A stretch of 64,000 bases of DNA from the NCBI GenBank assembly GCA_964016885.1, contig OZ024747.1, forward strand, positions 45,260,001 through 45,324,000. The letters run 5' to 3'. Shown in pieces: positions 52,898 through 64,000 of the stretch (positions are counted from its first letter, which is position 1; each line of letters opens with the position of its first letter). This stretch comes from Eledone cirrhosa (lineage: Eukaryota). The position numbers and the translations under genes were made by a program. Under the pieces are notes generated by a model. The model was not told where the DNA came from. It ran no database searches and saw only the letters and a list, made by a program, of their open reading frames with translations.

Positions 52898-53293
52898 ATC
52901 ATCATCATCATCACCGTTTTACATCCATTCTTCCACGCTAGCATAGGTTAGACGGGTTGTCCTGTTGTGGTCAGTGCCCGTTTGGCTGACTTTGTCTTGC
53001 TCATACAGGAACTGATTCTGGCTTGAATTCTACAGCTGGAAGCCCTTCCTAACACCAACCTCATTTACAGTGAGTGCTGGGTGCTTTTTTTCTGTGGCAC
53101 CTCCACGACCACTTTGCAGTGGAATCATAGGGAACCCAGTCCCTATCATCTCATTTCTACAGCTGAGTAAACTGGAGCAATGTGAAATAAAGTGTCTTGC
53201 TCAAGGAAACAACACATCACCCGGTCTGAGAATTGAACTCACAACCTTTTGATTGCAAGCCCGATGCTCTAACCACTAAGCCATGTGCCTTCA
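52898..53293 (-). mobile_element. SINE family B, full length, with RTE subfamily A tail
   Basis: tRNA-like head at ~53215-53290. The 3' ~230 bp match 27840-28070. Confidence 0.9.
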
Positions 53294-53295
53294 TC

Positions 53296-53332
<37 letters not shown>

Positions 53333-54439
53333 TACATACATGTGTGAGTGTGTGTGTTGATCAGCACTTCTTCAATTCTTCTGTGGCTATCTTCAAACTT
53401 GTCCTCATCTGTGGGGCTATCTGGTGGTCAATATGTGTCAGACTTTACCATTTTCAGTTGCTTCATGCATACAATAAAGCATGTCACAGACCGAGTTGGA
53501 ATATGACAACAGTACTAATGATGTCACATGTTAATGGATGTACAAACAACTCCAGCATGAGTTCTCTCCCTCCTGTCAGTATGGAATACAACATACTTTG
53601 GTATGTGTATTTTTGCATCTGCTATCCTAGCTGTCAGGTTAGTTTCAGTTAGTGCCTTGCATATTGCTTGAAGCTAGGTCACTTAGGTAGAGGGTCTTAC
53701 ACAATTTGGTCAATTTTCCCAGACCTATGGCATTTAGTAGCTGCACTAGTGTGACATTTGTGGTGTCAGTTGTGGCTGCTCATATGGCATTTGTATGTGT
53801 ATTAGTGGTGGCCACCCTGGGTCCTTTATTTGTAGTGCTCGCAGAGTTGATGTGACTGACTTTGGCTTTGTATTCGATGAAGCCAAGTCAGCTGTCTCAC
53901 AATCTGTAGAAATCAAGCCAAAATCAGTTCCCATATGAGAAGGACAGAGTCACTCGATGTGACATTGCCCACAGCAGGACAGCCCGTCTAACCCATGCTA
54001 GCATGGAAGAATGGACATAAAACGATGATGATGATATATATATATGTATACACTCATATAAGCATATGTATGTATGTATGTGTAAATATTTATTAAAATA
54101 TTGCCAGGTTTACACATGGGTATATAGATATTCCTGTACAACTCCCACTAGTAGATACACCAGTCTCCCACATTTTTGGCTCAGAACACCTGTCATATAA
54201 GGATATCATTGTCTAGTAGATAAGTTAAGTGCAAACTGCTTTTTTTTCCCCCTTTCTGCCCTTGGACAAAGGTGTGACTTAACATTATATCCAGTATGTG
54301 TGTATATATGTATCATCATCATCATCGTCGTTTAACGTCTATCTTCCACACTAGCAGGGTTTAGATGGGAGTTGTCCCACGTGATGCAAGATTGGTTGTC
54401 TTGCTCGTATAGGAATAGGAATATATATATATATATATA

Positions 54440-56343
54440 GCGGCGATGAATTAGTTTTGCGAGGTTTTTTATATGAAATCGTGTGTCGAAACAGATATTG
54501 TTATATTTGGGGAGGGTCATATTTGCGTAATATTGCCAGAATTAATAACAGAACACACTCACTGTTTGGTTGGTTTTCGCTTCTCGCTGTCTTTTATATA
54601 TATATATCTGTGATCTAACTTACTCGGTCCTCAATGTTGCCATTGACTGACCGGCGGTCAAAAATAATACAGATACAATATAGACACAAACACATATATA
54701 TAGTTTACATAATTTACATAAATCTTTCGTTGCACATCTGCAACATCGTCAGTGGTGTTATATTCATTGTTCCTCCTGTTGTGTTGTATGTCTACGCCAT
54801 TTTTTTTGTTCAGTCTGTCTATATATTTATTTATTTATTTGCTTGTTTGTTTATCTTATTTTATTTTGTCTTCTTTGCGCATGCGTTTGCGTGTGTGTAT
54901 AGTGTTATGTGTGATGTGTGACTAGTGTGTATAGTGTTGTGTCTGCTGGGTGACTAGTGTGTGTTTATGTGCTTGTGTATGTATTTATTTATCTTATTTT
55001 ATTTAATTTTATTTACTTATTTATACTTCTCTTAGGTCAGTGTTGTTTGTTTGGGTGTTGTTGTTGTTCCACTCATTCTTTCTGTTTAGCTTTGGTCTTC
55101 TAATTTCTATTTCACTGGCCTCTCTGATTTGCCTATCTGCTGGGTCATTCCTATGTTTAGATATTATTCTAATTTCTATGTTGTCTATGTTACCGTCATG
55201 TTGTTGTCTAGCATGTTCGTATAGTACTGACCCGTTTTTTCGTCCTTTTAGTTCCCCCCAGTGTTGGTCTATCCTTTCACCTATGCTACGAGCTGTCTCA
55301 CCTATGTATGTTGTTGTCATGTTTCTGCAAGTACCCTCTGTACATCTTATGCTATAGACTACGTTTCTAGTTTTACAGTTTATCCGGGGGTTCACCTTAC
55401 ATATGATACATTTCCTATTGGTACAGTGGGTTTTCTTAAAAGGGTAGGTTTTGCTGATCAGGGATTTTATGGTGGTTCCTGGCTTTTCTACCACCTTTAT
55501 TTTTAAGTGGGTCTTTCTCAGGGCCTTTCTACACTGGTTAGCTAATTTCCCTCCGGGGGTGGCGTCCACAAACATGACACTCTGATATCTCTGGTTGTCG
55601 TACCATGATGTGGCCTTCCCTATCTTATGTCTAGCCCTATCTAAGCTATTCCATGATTTGCTCCTGTATAGTGGGCAAATTCCTTTCATGTCCAGTTCTA
55701 TGAGGGTCTTATACTTTTCCATGGCTCCTTCGTATACTCTGATTCTGTCTCTTTGGTTGTAGCCAGAGAACTGCATGCGGTTGATGAAGTGTTGGATGTG
55801 TCCTTCCATTTCTGTTGGGTCGCACATGCTGGACACATTCTTCATCACTCGTACCAAATCTGCGATCAGAATATTAAACTTAGCACTACTGGACATTGCT
55901 GAGTTTTTGAGTATCAGGTATTTGGAGGCCATGGGTTTAGCATAGTGTGAGTGGAGAATTTGGGCTCTCTCGTCTATAGTGTTAATCCAGAGTTCTGTGT
56001 CTAATACAGGTAGTCTATTGTTAGGGTGTTTGGAAGGGAAGTCTATAGTTACAGTTATACTCTGGTGTATGGAATTAGCTCTCTGCTGGATGCTTTCCAT
56101 CGTGCTACGTTCTAAATCAAACTTGTTAGTGCTCTCTAGTGGGGGTGTTCTTATAACTATATTGATATCGTCTACATAACGAGAGTACATGATGAGGTCT
56201 ATGGAGCTTTCATTAAGGAGATCTTTAAGTCTCCTTTCCCACCATACCATGAAAAGGTTGGCAACATCACCAGCTATGCTGACGCCGATGGCTGCTCCCT
56301 CATTTTGGGTGTAGATTTTCTCATTGAACTTAAATATGTGGGC

Positions 56344-56345
<2 letters not shown>
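54440..56345 (-). mobile_element. 5'-truncated Penelope-like element (Naiad-like)
   Basis: ORF 55021..56250 (open to ~56340): GAAIG, RYVDD, LPVLD, YAKPMAS, FSGY, FVDATPG, Cys linker, NVVY...YIGETAR, RQIREA, LNRKNEW. 3' end carries a hammerhead. Clade label is from recalled motifs. Confidence 0.9.
54716..54756 (-). ncRNA. Minimal hammerhead motif in PLE 3' pseudo-LTR
   Basis: CTGACGA-T-GTTGCA-gatg-TGCAAC-GAAAG-at-TTA, sense to the PLE ORF, ~270 nt after the stop. Confidence 0.68.
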
Positions 56346-56391
<46 letters not shown>

Positions 56392-56483
56392 CCCTGGTTT
56401 TTTGCTCTATTTTTTAATTCCTATGTATCACATTCATAACAATGCAGCACGCCATTTTTCATTCCTATATATATATATATGTA

Positions 56484-56944
56484 TGGAAACTGCGGAGTGG
56501 GGAGATACAAGAAGACCTGGGATGAGGTGATAAAAGCCGACCAATTACACCTCTCAAAGGCGATGACACACGACCGTAACCTCTGGCGTCATGCAGTAAT
56601 ACAGACGAGCCGACCCCCCCCCCCCATGGGTACAAGCCGAAGCTGACGCATATAGACAATATGTCCCCACACCCTCCCACTGCAAACTGGTCATGGAGGT
56701 GCCACGGCAAAAAAGCACCCAGCACTCACTGTAAAGTGGACATGTAGGCACCATGGAAAGAAAGCACCCAGCACTCACTGTAAATGAGGTTGGTGTTAGG
56801 AAGGGCATCCAGCTGTAGAAATCAAGCCAGAATCAGTTCCCGTATGAGCAAGGCATGGTCAGCCGACCGGACATTGCCCCAACAGGACAACCTGTCTAAC
56901 CCATGCTAGCGTGGAAGAATGGACGTAAAATGGTGATGATGATA

Positions 56945-56945
<1 letters not shown>
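56484..56945 (+). mobile_element. RTE LINE 3' fragment (subfamily A)
   Basis: Matches 27658-28070, with a (GAT)n tail. Confidence 0.88.
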
Positions 56946-56982
<37 letters not shown>

Positions 56983-57120
56983 TATAATAAACAACATAAC
57001 ATAATTATTTCATTTACCAGTGGTTTCTTGAAAGCTCTGTAACTTATATAGAGCACTCTTTTTCCTGGACCTTTCCGACGGAATTACTTCACATATATAT
57101 ATATATAATATATATATATA

Positions 57121-57218
57121 CAGGGTGTCCCAAAAAATGTATACAGACTTTGATTACCTAAACAGGCAATATTTATTAGAATGCTGTTGAAGTGTGTATA
57201 CATTTTTGGGGACACCTG
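57121..57218. mobile_element. 98 bp Tc1/mariner-type MITE
   Basis: TA-CAGGGTGTCCCAAAAAATGTATACA ... TGTATACATTTTTGGGGACACCTG-TA. Confidence 0.85.
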
Positions 57219-57759
57219 TATATACATATATATATACATTGAAAAATAATTTGCAAAGTACTAATAGACATAATTATAGATATCTGTAAATATATAAAAG
57301 AAATATCCTGGAAAGTTTGCACATTATACAAACACATGCACACACTATATAGGCGTTTGCATATGCACACAATTTTAGCAGAGATATTGACCATATAGCT
57401 GTGTTTGGTGAGGTGGCTGGTTGTGTTGTGGAAAAAAAGAACAGCTGACAACTGATCTATGAGGAAATGATCCAATATAGGTGAGTGTGAAATAATTATA
57501 GGTATAATCTGAAGTTTAGTGCCTCTGTGAATTGGAAATGGACTGTGGGAGATAATGGTAAAATGATACTTCTTCTTGGTAATGGCACAAGTATTAAAAA
57601 AAGAGTATATGCACACATGCACACACACACACACATACAAGTTTTTGTGTATGTGTATATATATATGCATATATACATACACACCCCATCAGCAACATTA
57701 TTTAATGTCACATTTCATGCTGGAATGTGTTAAGCTTGAGAAAGAGAGAGCTGTATGTG

Positions 57760-57805
<46 letters not shown>

Positions 57806-57882
57806 TACATATATAACCCATGCTAGCGTGGAAAATGGACGTTAAACGATGATGATGATATATATATATATATATATATATT

Positions 57883-57914
<32 letters not shown>

Positions 57915-58056
57915 GAGGGAAAAAATGAAAGAAGTAGATGTAAAAAAAAAAATTGAATGATATTGAGGAGTTTGATTGATTTATTAATGATGATGATGAT
58001 CATGATCATGATGATGCTTGTGATTGTGATGATAATCATGATTTAAAAAAAAATTT

Positions 58057-58365
58057 TTTTTAGTTTTTTTTTAATAGTTTTTATTTAATGTTAGCCTTCA
58101 TCTACACCAGTGTCATAATTGTCATCATTTGTCATTAGAATAGTGACGAGCATGATGCTAATAATGGTGATGATGATGATGATGACAAGTATCTTGTGAA
58201 AAGAAATGTTGACAGCTTGAAGGTGATCTACTTTCTGATTATTCCAGGATTCTGCTGTTGGACTGAAACGTTGAAGATTCAAGGTGATGACAAATGATGA
58301 CAATTATGATGCTGGTGTAGATGAAGGCTAACATTAAATAAAAACTATTAAAAAAAAACTAAAAA
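58057..58365. repeat. ~78 bp inverted repeat with ~150 bp spacer
   Basis: 58057-58134 versus 58288-58365, with 2 mismatches. Confidence 0.88.
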
Positions 58366-60811
58366 GAAAACTAAAAAAAAAGAACCTATAAAAAAAAAAC
58401 TTAATAAAATAGTAATACTCTCAGGAGAGAGTTATAACAAAAATATGTTGAAAAAGAAAAAGAATATGGATAGAAAAACTAGGAAAAGCACAGGGTGAGT
58501 AAGCAAGAGAATGTTAGGAAGGTAAGTGAAAGAAGATATGATCTTGACCAAAGGTGGGAATTAAGGAGTAAGGAGATGACAGAATCTATAGCCAACAGTA
58601 ATGGTTGCATTCAACAATCATGTCCGGAAGGAAGCTATAATAAACATATGACTATCTATCTATCTTTACACACAAACACACACACACATATATATTATGT
58701 GTATATGTATATATATATATATATATATACATATTATCTATATCACACATATATACACGGACACATATATATGAATTTATACACTTACACATACATGCAG
58801 TTATGTTTGCATTGAATGGCATGTTTATCAGTTTGTGTGTGTGTGTGTGTATGTGTTTGTGTTTATGTGTGTGTGGTCATGTGATTATAGGTTTCTCTGA
58901 GTCTATATAAATTCTTTTTTAGATGACTCTAGTGTATTTCTCATCCTATAAGCTATTATCAACTCCTGCAAGTGAAAAGTGTAGGGTGAAGAAACATGAT
59001 ACTTTATAGCTGCAATATTCAAAACACTCCCTAAGAAACATTTCAACTTGAAAGTCTTTTCTGATTGCAAAAAAATATATTTTATGTATCCACATGCATA
59101 CATACACACACACACATGTATATAGATTCATATTTATATTGAGAAAATGACAGGCCAACAAACTGAGGCATACACATGTGTGTGTAAAGATAAAATATTA
59201 AAACCAAATAATGAAATAAGTATATGTTAGTAAAACCAAACACATACATGATAATTATATCAGGAAATATGAGATTGGGGTTTTAGAGACATGGTGTGAT
59301 CTCCCCAAAATAAAATGGTTTCACATCACAGGAACAATTTTCATTGTTGCAAATATCAATAATCAGGTTATGAGTAAATGTTTACTTCCTTTGTTCTAGT
59401 TGTTAAACCTTCTGGGTAAAAAATGTAGCATAAACAATTTAAGCCTTTTAGATATCTTCTTTAGAATCTAGAATAGAAGATTGGCTAGTCAGTTGCAATG
59501 CATACATAGTATTAATATTTCAATGCAAAATCACAGCAGCTACTGTTAGAAATAGGAATCATAATCATCATTTCATGTCCATTTTCCATGCTTGCATGGG
59601 TTAGACACATTGTGTTATGAGCCAAGTCAGGTTAGGAGACCACATCTTGCTGATATGGATTTGTATTTTGATTTGGTTTCTTTGGCTGGATGCTCTTCCT
59701 AACACCAACCACATTACAGGAATATATATATATATATATATACACAGATACACACATACACACACATATACATACACACACATATACATCATCATCTTCA
59801 TTTAACGTCCATTTTCCACGCTAGCATGGGTTACATACACATATACATACATACATACACACACATATACATACATATATATATATAAACAAAATAGAAT
59901 ATAAGATATGAAATGAATGAGAATTTGCACAGAAGTTTACCAGAAATCTGAGCCTATAATATATTACTGGCAAAAGTACTTATCTGAAGATAGTAGAACA
60001 TTTACAAGTTAATTGTAATCCATAGGTCTAGAGGGTGTATCATATTTTGTGCAGGCAGATAATCTGTCTATCAAGAAATACTTTTTTCTTTCAAACGTTA
60101 CAGAAGAAAAAAAATAAAAACAGTAAAAATATTTAAAAAAAATTATCTAAAAAATAATTTTTGAGGTGAAGAGAATTGTGTGATATTTTTATTTTCCCCC
60201 AAAGGCATGTAGAAATATAAGTGTATTTTCTTTGAGAAAAAATGGACCTTAGTGTGAAAATAAAATCTCACTTCAAGAATGAAACCAAATATGTATTGAT
60301 GTTCTCTTTTTTTTTTAGACATAGGGCTACGTTTCAAAGTGAAGGAGGATATATAATTGATAGAAAATGGTTAGAGTGTTGAATTGAAGGCCTTGAGGCA
60401 TTTGGTACCAACTCTCTGCTTGAGAAAAAAATTGAAGTATTTCAGGACTCAGTCATATTAGAAATGAAGGAGCCTTACGAAGAAGATGGTCCTGAAGATA
60501 TGAAACTTTGGGGATGGAATAACGAATACGACTGGCTGGTGACATCCTGCAATGAGATCATTGGTATACAAACACAGTAAAAGGGAGTAAATAAGAAATG
60601 GAGAAGACCACAGGCCACATATTGTGGAATCTTTCAGGAGGAGCTAAGGCTATTAGTAAATATATATATAAAATACACCCAAACATGAACACTGGAGGAA
60701 AACTGTTATAGGATACACAAACAAGTGGCTAAGCATTCCACAAATACATGTAAACATAATGTCATTCTTTGTGAGATTTAGCAAGTCACAGAGAGAGATA
60801 GATAGATAGAG

Positions 60812-60901
<90 letters not shown>

Positions 60902-60908
60902 CTGACAC

Positions 60909-61253
60909 TTAAACCCTTTAGAATTTAGTTACGTCCCTTTACGATATGAGTTCAAATCCTGCCGAGGTTGACTTTGCCTTTCATCCTTACGGGGTCGATA
61001 AAATAAAGTACCAGTAATACACTGGGATAATTGCTGGCCTTTTGCCAAAAGTAGAAACAACTATTCTATATATACTATTATATTTTCACAGTAAAGGCTT
61101 TATCTCACATAATATCGAATCTATGAGATTTTTATATTTATTTTGAGAACAATACCTTAACATAAGTATGAGCAGCCTGTTATGGTTGGTTTGAACAGAA
61201 AAAGGTGAGAGAATTCTGGCTGGATATGGCTGGTTTAAATGCTAAAGGGTTAA
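60909..61253. mobile_element. piggyBac-like MITE with nested SINE A (~60927-61065, +)
   Basis: Same body and AATGCTAAAGGG-TTAA end as 2883-3110. Confidence 0.82.
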
Positions 61254-61917
61254 GTTTCAGATATAGTTAATCTGAGAGGTTTCTAGAACTCATTTTATTA
61301 ACATCTTATTCCTTGAAGGATAAAATCTCCTTTTCTGAATAACTGGATTTGAACATAAAATCTTAAACGCCCAAAGCCAAATAACTAACATACAATGATT
61401 TGCCTAAAGGAATAATAAACAGATCTAAAAACAAAATGAATTATTGCAATCAGCTTCCTCAATAAATTAGAATTGTAGTTTTCAAATGTTCAAAATAATT
61501 ACTGCTTAATGAAATCAATTCGTTATTTTTAACTTGTTCATAACACTTATGATTATCCAATCAGAAAAATATCCCGTGCAAATACTGAAACCCCACACAA
61601 TAAACCCATTTTCATTTATGTTAAATGTCTCCTTAATTTACATTTTACAAAATATCTGTCTTATTTTGTATTTTATTTTTCTTATTGTTAATTTTTCTAC
61701 TCTTCAATATTTTACGGTCTAATCTGTGAGTAATAGAAAATAAATTAGAAAGAGAAATAGTCATTTCATAACCATTACTATCAGTAATAAAAAGAAATTC
61801 ATACTCTCTCATACTGATGCGCACACACACATTCAGATATAATGATTTTCTCTCTCTCTAAATTTCTTTCTTATATATATAACTTTTATATTATAAATGA
61901 TTATATATTTTAATGTT

Positions 61918-61973
<56 letters not shown>

Positions 61974-62221
61974 ATGTGCGTGCGTGTGTGTGTATAATAA
62001 ATTGAATGATAAATTCATGTACTAACTCCCTTTCTCTCATACACACACAATAGGTATGTGCGTGTGTAGATGCATATGTTTGTGTGAAGAGAAGTATTTA
62101 ATAAAATATATGTGCTCTGCCAAAAAGGCAAAGAAAAAGGACAAAAAAAAAAGAATTAACAATATGAGATACAAAAATACTATCAGCAATTCACTGCACC
62201 CCACACCATCAAACAATGATA

Positions 62222-62835
62222 GTAATTAATAATAATAATTTCTTTATTGGTCACAAGTACCTACGTATAGGGGATGATACAAAAATACAGGGACAGTGAG
62301 GGTTTACAATCAAGTCGAATAAAAAAAAATAAAAACAATAACAATAAACAAGAAAAATACAAACAAGAGTTCCCCAAGAGGGGGGATAACCAACCAGGGA
62401 CGACTCATGTACCGCACCAATCCTGAATCACCAAACACTTCAAGGGCACACGGAACAGGTGCTCCTTTCTTCCTCAAATTAGCCAATGTACAGCGCATGT
62501 TTGCACATCATTAGCCACAGTATGCCCAGCCCTTCATGTAGAGGGGTTGGCAGCAGATGGACAGCCTCACCAACGGAACCTTTCCCCACAAAGATGAAGA
62601 GGAGATGCTCCAGTTTGGAGAGGTGTGAATGGGAGCAAGGCACAACGGTCAACTGATAGTAAATGATGGATGAAATGTACACCTCCATTCAGGAAGAGCT
62701 TCCTCTTAGCACATTTCTGGGTGAGAGTGGCTACTCTGTTCTCAACCACATACCATTTCTTATCCACCTGGAGGTATATTCTGAACCAGACACACAACTT
62801 TATCAATCCATCTGTCCAGCGTCCAACGACGTTGT
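62222..62835 (-). pseudogene. L1/Tx1-like LINE remnant
   Basis: Frameshifted KRKLFL..EVYISSIIYYQLTVVPC..LSKLEHLLF..GLG resembles the post-RT region of L1/Tx1. AATAAA followed by a (TTA)n tail. Confidence 0.55.
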
Positions 62836-63461
62836 TTAAACTTTTATGTTGTTTAAAACTAAAATAAACGCCAAGAGAATGTAAAAAGAAGGTTAAAATA
62901 CCTTGAAAAAACTGGAGCCAATGTTATGTGTGGCTTATGCTTAAATAATAATAATAAATATATATATTTTTTAAATCGCTCTTTAATATAAAATGGAACA
63001 CCCTCCCACAAAAAAAAAAGCAAAATCATAACTGAAAATAACACATCCATTGATAGTTTTAGTCACAAATTAATGATTAATAGATTTGTAGATTCAGCAG
63101 TAAGACCTCATTATATGAAACTATCATACTTTCTCATAGATTCTATTTTATAGAAGAGTTGATAATTTTATTATTTCAACCAAATGCAAAGAAATTTATT
63201 TACACAAGTCAAGTGTGAGTGATCAATCATGATTGGATATATATGCTGATTGCAAATTATTTTAGAGAGAGGGCCAGGAGAGAGCAACAAACAACGACAA
63301 ATAGAATTTTATTTGTTTTCAAATGTTTTGCCCCATATTTCATTTAGGACTTCAATTTGTGTGTGTGAGTATGTGCATTGCATGTGTTTGTAGGTGTACA
63401 TATGCATGTATAAATACATCCACGCAAATACATATGCATACTTTTGTATGCATATATGTGA

Positions 63462-63509
<48 letters not shown>

Positions 63510-63596
63510 TCAAAAGCATACATATGTGTATATATATATGGGTGTGTGTGTATATATATATATACACACACTCACATACACATATACACACATATG

Positions 63597-63627
<31 letters not shown>

Positions 63628-63920
63628 TCCGTTGGTTACGACAAGTGTTCCAGTTGAATCGATTAATGGAGTAGCCTGCCCATGAAATTAAAGTGCAAGT
63701 GGCTGAGCGTTTCATAGACATGCATACCCTTAACGTAGTTCTCAGGGAGATTCAGCGCGACACAGAATGTGACAAGGCCGGCCTTTTGAATTACAGGTAC
63801 AACTAATTTTTGCCAACTGAGTAGACTGGAGCAATGTGAAACAGAGTGTCTTGCTCAAGGACACAACGCACCACTGCGAATTAAGTTCATGACCTTACTA
63901 TTGTGAGCCGAATACCCTAA

Positions 63921-63924
<4 letters not shown>
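63628..63924 (-). mobile_element. tRNA-derived SINE, family C
   Basis: Shares the GTTGTGTCCTTGAGCAAGACAC box and ACTGGAGCAATGTGAAA with family B but has a different 3' body. Confidence 0.75.
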
Positions 63925-63966
<42 letters not shown>

Positions 63967-64000
63967 TAAAATAACAGGTTAAAGTTTAAGGAAAGAATCG

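Noticed and set aside
53215-53290. tRNA gene candidates (also 5700-5768 and the SINE A heads)
   Set aside because: A/B boxes run straight into SINE cores and lack a complete cloverleaf. They are SINE heads.
53360-53890. Possible ancient RTE C-terminal remnant on the minus strand
   Set aside because: Too degenerate to support beyond a vague motif resemblance.
60380-60580. Open frame IEGLEAFG...LWGWNNEYDWL, and similar frames at 16145-16400
   Set aside because: No recognisable homology or convincing splice pair. May be old LINE debris.

Overview
AT-rich, repeat-saturated eukaryotic DNA, probably intergenic or intronic. The repeat families look like those of a cephalopod such as Octopus (inference). 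No host gene can be supported, and almost all ORFs in the track are translations of (TA)n/(CA)n microsatellites. Recognisable content: two long RTE-type LINEs with a PHD-like C4HC3 finger after the RT core, many RTE 3' fragments, a CR1-type LINE, an L1/Tx1-like remnant, Penelope-like elements (PLEs) of at least two lineages, a DD37D (maT) Tc1/mariner, several MITEs, at least three tRNA-derived SINE families and tandem arrays. The most striking signal is about a dozen complete or partial type I hammerhead ribozyme motifs from about seven unrelated families, all in PLE-type ends sitting in (TA)n. Four of them are ~180-230 bp fold-back palindromes whose symmetry axis falls inside the hammerhead itself. 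All calls were made by eye and ends are approximate.
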